The position numbers and the translations under genes were made by a program. From the NCBI GenBank assembly GCA_963713605.1, contig CAVQMO010000001.1, forward strand, positions 448,001-512,000: DNA of 64,000 nucleotides, given 5' to 3'. A model generated the notes under the pieces. The model had not been told where the DNA came from and made no database searches. It worked only from the letters and a program-made list of their open reading frames with translations. The stretch is from an uncultured Nitrososphaerales archaeon (GTDB taxonomy: Archaea > Thermoproteota > Nitrososphaeria > Nitrososphaerales > Nitrososphaeraceae). This document shows, piece by piece, positions 55,399 to 64,000 of this stretch. Position 1 is the stretch's first letter; the number at the start of each line of letters is the position of its first letter.

Positions 55399-57060
55399 CT
55401 AGCCTGCCTCGGGTTCATGATATGGCCTTGCGAAAAAGTTATCGAGTTGTTCATAGGTCCATTTGATCCCCATGTCTACTATGTAATTTCCTAACCGTGG
55501 CCCTTTTTCCGCATTAATCAATATCCTATAGAGTATTCTGAAAAATACTTTTGGCTGTAGCCCTATCTTTTGCGCGATCGAGAATATCTCCGATTGAATA
55601 GTAGCAGCAAGTTCGCTCTTATCATCTATAGTTTCCATATTTTTTAGATATTGTATCAGTTCATGCAGAGCCTCTTGTTCTGTATTGGACGCATTTACGT
55701 TTGTACTCATCAGTGTTGTTGATAGATAGTCATTTGACCAGTTCGATGCCAGTTGAATCTTCATAATTAGTGAATCGCTCTTATTCTTTACCAACTTATA
55801 CTTTACCAATCGATCATACACTTTGTTCACCTGTTTTTCATCGTCTCTGAACAAAAGAGCCTGTTGTGCTAGTATTCTGTAAGGAACGTGCAGGGAAGGA
55901 CCGGAGGGAGGTTTGAGTTGGTGAATGTATTCAAAAATCCCTCTTAATTTTGTGCGCTTGGAGGTATTTTCTTCATTAACCGCACCAAAGAAAACATCCT
56001 CTAGGAAATCGTATTCATCCATCAGGTTTGGAACATCATCTATTCCTACATGTCTAGTGCCAGATATGCGTTTGTACAATAATAAGAGAAGAGATTCTGG
56101 AGTTCCGTATCTTAACCAGGTCTGGGGTGTCAAAACGTTTCCCGACGACTTACTAATTTTCTTTCCTCCTTTATCTAGGAACATTTCATACTTAATATGT
56201 GTGGGGTGCGCAAATTGCAAAATCTCGTCTGATATCCAATCATTTATTCTTACCGAATCCAAAATATCCTTCCCATATGCCTCGAATCTGATGTCAAAGG
56301 CCTGCCATCGAGCGGCAAATTCAACTTTCCAAGGTAACTTTCCGTTTCCTTCTTCTAGGTATGTTTCGCCATGGTAACCACAGCCCTCTATGTGAACCTC
56401 TCCTATTCTAGTCCCCTTGCACTCGTATTCTATCAAGCGTTTATCAGAGAAATACTCTCTAGGAGATGCGACGTATACTCTTCCACATTTGTCACAGATT
56501 GGAAAGTACGGAAGGGACCGCACATACTTTTCCTGTCCAACAATTTTGGCTATACTCTTTCCGATCCTATCATGATTCTTGAGAATCATGTCGATCTGGT
56601 TTACGAGAAGCCCGCGTTTGTAAGTCGATTCGCCGCTAACATGAATATACTTTATTCCAAGCCGATCCAAGGAGTCAAGTAATAGCCCTGTCATATGCGC
56701 ACCATATGATGAGTGACAAGATCCGAATGGATCAGGGATGCTCGAAACTGGCTTTGCAATGTATGAGTCTAAATCCTTCGATAACCCAGAAGGCACCTTA
56801 CGAAGCCCATCCATATCATCCGAATAAGCCAAAAGCTGCGCGTCATAACCCATATTTTTCAATGCAACCGCGATCCCGTACACTCTTACAGCATCCCCTA
56901 AACTCCCCAAATGGGGAATTCCCGATGCACCGAGGCCACTCTCAACTCTGATTGTGGAAAGGCTTCTGTTTAACTTTCTTTCTCTCTCAATCAACTCATA
57001 CGCAACTTTGTCAAGCCAAGTTCCTTTTCCTATGACTGCGTCAGAATTCAATAAATTCAC
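55399..57060 (-). CDS. lysS: Class I lysine--tRNA ligase
   Basis: [35 protein letters not shown]. Confidence 0.96.
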   Translation of the reverse strand: MNLLNSDAVIGKGTWLDKVAYELIERERKLNRSLSTIRVESGLGASGIPHLGSLGDAVRVYGIAVALKNMGYDAQLLAYSDDMDGLRKVPSGLSKDLDSYIAKPVSSIPDPFGSCHSSYGAHMTGLLLDSLDRLGIKYIHVSGESTYKRGLLVNQIDMILKNHDRIGKSIAKIVGQEKYVRSLPYFPICDKCGRVYVASPREYFSDKRLIEYECKGTRIGEVHIEGCGYHGETYLEEGNGKLPWKVEFAARWQAFDIRFEAYGKDILDSVRINDWISDEILQFAHPTHIKYEMFLDKGGKKISKSSGNVLTPQTWLRYGTPESLLLLLYKRISGTRHVGIDDVPNLMDEYDFLEDVFFGAVNEENTSKRTKLRGIFEYIHQLKPPSGPSLHVPYRILAQQALLFRDDEKQVNKVYDRLVKYKLVKNKSDSLIMKIQLASNWSNDYLSTTLMSTNVNASNTEQEALHELIQYLKNMETIDDKSELAATIQSEIFSIAQKIGLQPKVFFRILYRILINAEKGPRLGNYIVDMGIKWTYEQLDNFFARPYHEPEAG

Positions 57061-58712
57061 TTTAGTAATTTGGTAACATAATTTCCGTTCCGTTCATAAC
57101 CCAGTTTTTCGTAGTATTTTCTTGTTCCTACAGCACTAATCACTGATAAGGCGTCTACACCGAACTCGCATTTACTATTTGCTCAGCCTCGGCCATTAGC
57201 AATCTCCCTAGACCTCTATGCTGCCAAGACAGATTATTTGCTTTTCTTCCAACCCTAAGCGTCTGGCCATAAACGTGGAGTTCTCTTACAATAGCTACAA
57301 CTTGAGTGCGGTTATCGTGGCGTACATATGAATGAAGCTCAGATTCAACGGATCCAGTAACCTTTCTCAACCTCAGGAAACCCAATAATGCTGATCCATC
57401 GTCTGTTTCATAAGACAAGAAAACTTCTTGCCCTCCTGCCGCCTTGTAATCCAATCTAAATAACCGAAAGGATCGATGATCAATACTGCCTTTCGACCTT
57501 AATCCTATCTCTCTGCATCTGATGCACTTACATGTATACCCTTCTGAGTACAATCTTTCTAAGGCTATTTGTCTGAGGTTACCCTCTTTAGGACCAGCTA
57601 TTATATCCTTTGTTTCTATCTCCCTTTGGATCCTCATAATCCGGACCCAAGGAGGAATTTTCTTTTTCAATTCAACAAGTATTTTTACTATCTCCTCATC
57701 AGAACATGGGATAAACCGCCCACTACAATACATCTTATGCAATCCTGTATTTTTTACGTACTAGCGTAGGGTATATTTTTAGCATGTCAGGTCTGTAAAG
57801 AGGATCGTACATAAGCCGCTGTAAGTCTTCTAGGTCTTTTTTAGGAGATGAGCCGGGTAGACCTGGCATCATATGTGCAACTATTTTTAATCCTGCATTT
57901 CTAGCAATACTGAATGCTTCTATTACATCATCCATGTTATGCCCTCGGTTAGTCAGCCTGAAAACTTCATTTCGTAGCGACTGAACACCGATTTCTACTC
58001 TTGTTGCCCCTAGACTTAGCATCATCTCGATATGGCTCCGCTTGCAGTAATCAGGTTTAGTCTCGATTGTTAGCCCGACACATTTGTGATTTGATATTTC
58101 GTTGACGCTCATAGCCTCTTGAAGGTTGGATGAGGGTTCTGTCTTCAAATCACAATTGAGCGCATCATAACAAGCCTTTGCAAAATCCTGCTGATACTTT
58201 TTCATCATAAAAGGAAAAGTCCCACCTATTATGATTAATTCTATTTTGCCTGTATCATGACCATTTATCTCAAGGGTATTCAATTTAGTGGTTATCTGTT
58301 CAAAGGGATCGTATCCATGAGCTTGAGCAATTTTCGTGGCAGGTTCCGACCCTACATAACTCAAAGGAGTGTTGAACTCAACCCCACCTGGACAATAAAT
58401 ACATCTCCCTTGAGGACATGGGTGGGGTGTTGCCATTACAGTTACGATAGTAACACCTGATGCTGTTTTTACAGGTCTTATCTTCAAAGTGTTCCTCCAG
58501 GAACAGTTCTCTGGCAAATATTTCATAAAATCGTGGCGACGAGGGAGGTGTTTCAGATGAAACTCTGACGAAACTTCACTTAAAATAGTTGATACAATGG
58601 GTAATCTGGATTCATCCAGTTCGCATATTCTTCTTGCGATTTCCTTGCAGGCCAGATTATACTGAAATGAAATTTCTGCACCTGAGATTCCGACTAATTT
58701 CGACGCGGTCAT
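57057..58712 (-). CDS. elp3: Elp3 tRNA uridine(34) acetyltransferase (two frameshifts)
   Basis: [12 protein letters not shown] radical [33 protein letters not shown]. Confidence 0.94.
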
Positions 58713-58818
58713 GAGTGGTGTAACAAATTATTCCACTATAGGAATATTAATTGTTGTTTCAGTTGAAACCTTGTTCAACTTTGGCCCTTCGGAACCGGAG
58801 GCCGAAGGTTTCTCAATT

Positions 58819-59885
58819 TCATCGAAGTCTTTTGTCTTTGTTATGAACTTCACATGAAACTTCTCCAGTACCCGGGCTTCTCTATGATACCGACTTTGGA
58901 GGTTCTCATCCCATACTTGTCGAAGGTTGAAACTATAGTTTCAGCGGAAGCACGTGGTGCGATTATGCACAAGCCGATTCCCATATTAAACGTCTTATAC
59001 ATTTCAGCAAATCCTATCTTCCCTTTAACCTGTATCAATCTGAAAATTTCTGGCGGACTAGGCATACTATTTAATCGAAAGTTGACCTTATCGTTGATTC
59101 TACGTAGTTTGGTAAAAGAACCACCTGTAATATGTGCTATGCCGTGGACCTCGACTCCAGCACTGAACAAATCGATCATCGGCCTAACGTAAATTCGCGT
59201 AGGTGTGAGCAGCTCATCGCCCAAAGATCTTTCTAAATTTCCTATGTTTTTATGAAGATCGTACTTTGACAAAACTCTCCTCGCCAAAGTGAAACCATTA
59301 GAATGTAGGCCACTACTTCCTACTCCCAATATGATATCTCCTTTCACAATCCTATTTCCTAAAACAAGTTCCGATTTTTTTTCGACAAATCCTATTGCTG
59401 TTCCGGAGAGTTCGATAGAATTCTTATTATGACCATTTGATAGCAATCCCGGTACTACCGCCGTTTCACCACCTATGATTGCAACCCCTGCTTCTGTTGC
59501 CCCCTTTACGAGGCCGGCAGGCAATTGTACCAAGCGTATGGGGATCTGGTTTCGCCGTGGCAATATAGTCGACGAAGGCAAAAGGGGCACTCCCCACACA
59601 GATAATGTCATTTACGTTCATAGCTACACAATCTATACCAACTGTGCTGAAATCGTTCATCGCTTGGGCAATTAATAATTTCGTACCTACGCCGTCGCAA
59701 TGAAGAGCCAATACGCATGATCCAATATCAACCAAACCGGCATAATGACCAAAACCGGACAATACTCGTCCTTTGTTTGTATTCTTGTGAGTCCGTTGTA
59801 TACTCCGGCCTATCAGTCGGTGTACAAGATCTATCTGCTTGATATTTACTCCAGACTCTGAGTATGTCAGTCCTTTACGACGCAT
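58819..59885 (-). CDS. purM: Phosphoribosylaminoimidazole (AIR) synthetase (frameshifts)
   Basis: DGVGTK, AMNVND, GGETA, SSGLHSNG, TFNMGIG. Confidence 0.95.
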
Positions 59886-59947
59886 TCAAAAGTCTATAAT
59901 TAGGAACTCTTATTAAGTTTGAGATACCCCTATATTCTTGCAACTTT

Positions 59948-60664
59948 TTAGCCAGTTTGATTAGCTCTTCCTTCTCCCTCTGGGATAGTTAAATTTTGGA
60001 GAGGATACAATTTAGTCACTCCTATGACAAAAGTGCTTGTGTTAGGTAGAACAACTCTTTCACCACTAGTATTAAATAGTACTATGTCTGTAATCACTGA
60101 CGTATTTTTATTACTTGTAGAGTTTTGCTGAATCTCAAAGTTATAAAGACACATGTATCCAGGCCTGGAAAGATCTTTCTCCATACTCAAGTTGGCAGGC
60201 TGTAATTTTGGTATTTGACCTATCATTACTCTTAGCTGGGTACTATTATCATAATCACAAGGAAGTTTGGCGGATAAGGATCCCTCTGCTATAGCGAAAG
60301 GATAGGTGTCGTAAAGGTGAATAAAATCCTTTGCCGGTATTATTTGATGTGATAGTATTATATTCTCTCCTTGCGAGTATGAGCCTGCCTCACTACGTTC
60401 GACATTCGTGTCGGAGGTGTTGGTGTTTCTTACCTCATCAAGAACTGAATCCATCAAATTGCTTGGGGATCCGAAGGACTCTAGCAATTCCACTGGATCA
60501 CTTGCCATGTCTGGAGACCTGAGATTAGTTCCATCACTTGATTGCACTAGAGCATTGAAAGTTAGGTCGGTTTTAGTATCTAATAAGGGAACAAGCGAGA
60601 GAATTAATATACTAAATACAAGGAGCGCAATAATATGTCGAACGCAAGATTTTAAATTATGCAT
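59948..60664 (-). CDS. Secreted or membrane-anchored hypothetical protein
   Basis: N-terminal hydrophobic segment; DFIHLYDTYP, AKLPC, GYMCLY. Confidence 0.75.
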   Translation of the reverse strand: MHNLKSCVRHIIALLVFSILILSLVPLLDTKTDLTFNALVQSSDGTNLRSPDMASDPVELLESFGSPSNLMDSVLDEVRNTNTSDTNVERSEAGSYSQGENIILSHQIIPAKDFIHLYDTYPFAIAEGSLSAKLPCDYDNSTQLRVMIGQIPKLQPANLSMEKDLSRPGYMCLYNFEIQQNSTSNKNTSVITDIVLFNTSGERVVLPNTSTFVIGVTKLYPLQNLTIPEGEGRANQTG

Positions 60665-61215
60665 GTGTCAAAACGTGAAACTTTCTACAAAAGACGCGAT
60701 GTCATTTTTTGTTGATTATTGCATGATCCCATTTAACTCGTGTGCAGCTATCAGTTCTGACCTATCAAGGAGAAACTCCTCTTCGAAATTGTTTCGGTAT
60801 ATTTTGATGCAAAACGATATCTAGGCGTGCGAAAGAAGTTTCGAAGCTGCACACTTCACCGTCTTTCATAGCTAGTCATGAGGATGTTATATCAATTTTG
60901 ACTTCACGTCCAGTAGACGAAAATCAAGAATTCATGTTCGTGTTTGGGAATTGGGACGCATCTAAAGGTCGTTTGAACATGTCAATATTGCTTAAATCCG
61001 GTTCAGAGACGGTGTGCGTTGTTCTCTACAGGGGAGTCTGACGGAAGTTATATAGGTATTAGTATATAATCTCGTCAATTTGAATGATTATCGAGGATGC
61101 AGGATATGTGGATGTAGCGAGCATAGATGGATAGGGTGTATAATACATTGGATGAACCACACTAAGAGGAGAGACGGAGTTTGTGCTCAAAAGGACTCAT
61201 AGGAATTGAGAATGA

Positions 61216-61833
61216 TTACTTGATTTCGTATAATGCTATTGACAGTTTTACGGCAAACCTTTCGTCAGTAGCTTGAGCGATCGGAATCACATATTTTTCG
61301 GTTTCTTCCTTATACCTAGATGCCCTTTCACGCTGACTGACAGTTCTCAAAAACCTGGCGTTGTCTAGTCTGTCTGCTAACATTATATATCGAGTAATCT
61401 TGGAACTAGACGCAATTTTCTCAAAATAGTGTTGTAAATATTCAGCTTTTCTATCCTCCGGGCTATTGCGTGATAGTGTAAAAATGATATCGCCTATGTT
61501 CTCACCAAAGTCTGCCAACAACCTTGTCGAGTCGTATGATGGAATTCTTGTCTTTTCGAAGACATCATGCAGAAGAGCCGCACATAATGCATTGATATCT
61601 CTACAACGGATCTCTTCACTTAGGATAAGTGACACTCTTAGGCAATGATTAATGTATGGATCATTTTTATTGGTATTTCTCGAAAGTCCAGCGTGTATAT
61701 TGAATGCTACACTGAACGCTCTTGTTAACTTATACAAGTCATCAGGAGAATTTTCAAAGGGCTTCATTAATGTAGACAAGCCTGTCTTCGTAAATTCATT
61801 CAAGCAATTATCTATAATCATGTAACTACTCAA
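61216..61833 (-). CDS. HD-domain hydrolase, RelA/SpoT (Mesh1)-like
   Basis: AFNIHAGLSR, PYINHCLRV, AALLHDVFEK, ADRLDNAR. Confidence 0.82.
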   Translation of the reverse strand: MSSYMIIDNCLNEFTKTGLSTLMKPFENSPDDLYKLTRAFSVAFNIHAGLSRNTNKNDPYINHCLRVSLILSEEIRCRDINALCAALLHDVFEKTRIPSYDSTRLLADFGENIGDIIFTLSRNSPEDRKAEYLQHYFEKIASSSKITRYIMLADRLDNARFLRTVSQRERASRYKEETEKYVIPIAQATDERFAVKLSIALYEIK

Positions 61834-61913
61834 ATATCAACCCCTTATGATATTATCGTTGTTGTTGAAAACCACTAACAGCTATGCTTGTAACAATACC
61901 TTGTGTCGTCGTT

Positions 61914-61946
61914 CAAAATTGGTGCATCGTGCAAAATTGGTGCATC
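61914..61946. repeat. Two direct copies of CAAAATTGGTGCATC (period 18)
   Basis: Exact 15-mers at 61914-61928 and 61932-61946. Confidence 0.85.
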
Positions 61947-61979
61947 AGAAGGTATATTCTTGGACATGAAAGCAATAAG

Positions 61980-62727
61980 CTATTCTGATTTTGCTTTAGC
62001 GAGTTCTTCAAATGCCTCATCTAGCACCGTCAGGACGCTACTTCGAAATTGGGAAAATCTATTATCTTCTGTCAACAAACTCAACATTTTATCTTCTTCA
62101 TGATTCAATTGGCCTGTATGATGATCTCTCTCCTTGGAAATGCCCTTGTAGCGGGAATAAAGTCGCGTTAACCTGATCCCTAAACAAAACGCGAATACTT
62201 TGAGGTCTAAGTCAAGTATTTTCAAATACCTGTCTCTATCTTCTGAAATCTTTGATGATTTTATGGTCTCGATGGTACGTTTTGACGTAACGCAGCATTT
62301 ATGCAAATAATCTGAGATTATGATTCCGGCTTGTGGACTCCAATTTTTGACGGTATTCTCTTCAAAGTATTGGAACAACAACAGCCGCAAAATAACATTT
62401 TCGCGGTATTTCGAGAGTAACATACCAGAAAAAACCTGATTGTCGCTCAGAATGTAAAATAATCCACAAGTGGTCAATAAGTAGTTTCGGTCGCCTCTTC
62501 TAAGCCTCTTTCCATGAAACACCGCGATGAGATTACGGTCGACGAGAGCAGTAAGTAGCCTTTCATCCTCAGCGCTAAACGGTAGCTGCTTCTTGAACCA
62601 CAACGAATGTATCCCTTCATTCTTATAAGAAAGCTCCATGAGTCTTAGTAAAGAAGTTTTTTCCTGACCCTTTAACTCAGCCAGAGTACAAGTGATTAGT
62701 TCGGATATGTACTCAGCATAGACTCAT
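61980..62727 (-). CDS. Hypothetical protein (start upstream of 62639, with an indel)
   Basis: 219-aa ORF that extends in frame upstream (AEYISELITC). Confidence 0.65.
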
Positions 62728-62793
62728 GTTATCCGAACTTATACAACTGGAGTTGTTATATATAGCGATCTTGTAACCCTTATTTGCAAAAAT

Positions 62794-62931
62794 CTAATAT
62801 GCATGAAGTTGAGATTTGTGCGATTTGAGCTTTCTAAAGGTAGAAAATGTACCATCACATTTGTCGCATCTCCACTGATTCGCTCTTGCATCTTTATATC
62901 GAATATGGTTCTCTGATTCCGTATTATACAT
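62794..62931 (-). CDS. Small C2H2 zinc-finger protein (45 aa)
   Basis: WRCDKCDGTFSTFRKLKSHKSQLHAY. Confidence 0.75.
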   Translation of the reverse strand: MYNTESENHIRYKDARANQWRCDKCDGTFSTFRKLKSHKSQLHAY

Positions 62932-63753
62932 GCCTATCTGTACATCGTAATTTATTGGATTGTAATTTATCCTATACTTTAGCTTTGCAAGATTGACCCT
63001 CAACGACGAATGCGTAAAGATGCAAGATTTAAGGATGGTTGTTAAATTAGTGTTTACATTTGCAAAATGATATTTAGCATGACAGAAGATCATTCAAAAC
63101 CAATATAGGTATAAATAACATCTGGATCAGGCAGAATCCTCATTTTTAACAAAAAGCTTCCAAATTATGGTAGCTACTCCCGACTGTAGTCGCCCTGTTT
63201 ATCAATTGGTGAGCGACGCTAATATTTGGCTGCGTTTCTCGCCAGCGTTGCTATGTGATAATCCTCAATGTTAGACCACCCATAGCTTCTCGAAATCCAG
63301 ATATAACTGTGACTTTGAAATATCTGTCATATGGAAGATGGAACTTCTTCGACGCAGAATACTGTCCCCTTCCCGACATTGACAATATTATACTTGCCAA
63401 TGGAGGCTGAGACCATTGTGGCGGAGATTGGTCAGAAATACAATAACATGACCGCTGAAGATTGTTACTGGATTTTTTGCAGGGGGATCAGAGAGGAGAT
63501 TCAAGAAAGTGACCATTTGGAGTCAAGGAATTGATAGCCTTTGGTTTAATGCAATCGTAGCTAGAGTCAAGGAGTTATCTGATCTGACCAAGATACCTAT
63601 CGTTTCAGGTGGTATAATGTATTGCATCTAGCTCCCTGATTAGAATCTTCTTCTAATCTGGCAAAAATGCATAGACGCAAATAAATCAGACCATATCAAA
63701 TGAGGATAGCAAATATATGGTTTGACATGTAGCATTTTTTACGAATAGTTGAT

Positions 63754-64000
63754 TTGGTTGAAGTTGTTGTAGCGAAATTCGGGGGAAGTACCCTTGGCGT
63801 GAATGGATCGTTACTTCCCTCAGTTATAGAGCGGATAAGGCAACTTAAGGAAGACGCTAAAATAGTTGCTATTTTTTCTGCACCCATGATTAAATACGAC
63901 GAGAAGAATGTTTCAATGACTGATATAGCAATAAGTAAAGGCAAGAGTTTTGCTTCTTCCCATCCAGTTGATTTACAATTACTTAGAAGTGTCTACGAGG
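63754..64000 (+). CDS. Second aspartate kinase-family protein, 3'-truncated by window edge
   Basis: TTG start; VVVAKFGGST...IVAIFSAP...SMTD. Confidence 0.8.
   Translation, partial: MVEVVVAKFGGSTLGVNGSLLPSVIERIRQLKEDAKIVAIFSAPMIKYDEKNVSMTDIAISKGKSFASSHPVDLQLLRSVYE

Noticed and set aside
60742..61041. Possible fragmented + strand ORF
   Set aside because: Start and frame unresolved; no motif
61914..61946. CRISPR array
   Set aside because: Only two 15-bp units with a 3-bp gap; no spacers or cas genes; no array seen elsewhere in the window
63130..63700. Short ORFs such as 63331-63534
   Set aside because: No consistent frame or motif on either strand
175..63944. Numerous short antisense or overlapping ORFs in the track
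   Set aside because: Shadows of well-supported genes on the other strand or frame

Overview
Archaeal chromosomal window that looks like a soil-type ammonia-oxidising archaeon (Nitrososphaerota, probably Nitrososphaeraceae). The assignment is inferred from the gene set: a complex III operon with a cupredoxin instead of cytochrome c1, PhaE, topoisomerase VI, Alba, class I LysRS and small C2H2 zinc-finger proteins. Most of the window is housekeeping: aIF5B, four aminoacyl-tRNA synthetases, sdhACDB, argH, ilvE, PCNA/TFS/RpoL, ribosomal proteins, purP/purM, thiL, folP and elp3, plus five tRNA genes. At least 17 genes, including essential ones, are split by single-base indels, most simply explained by uncorrected long-read assembly errors. 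The main observations are five. (1) A ~1 kb decayed tyrosine-recombinase element bounded by a 12-bp direct repeat and 15-bp inverted repeats sits 1 bp upstream of tRNA-Thr(CGT) and carries a broken HNH-like cargo. (2) A putative PHA-granule module: alpha/beta hydrolase, haloarchaeal PhaR-like AbrB regulator and PhaE, with no adjacent phaC. (3) tRNA-Gln(TTG) has a BHB intron at the non-canonical position 10/11. (4) Two unusual fusions: rhomboid protease with an Hsp20-like tail, and a debranching-type glycosidase with a DUF6379-like N-domain. (5) A Mesh1-like HD hydrolase preceded by a tandem repeat. All family assignments come from motif recognition, not database searches.
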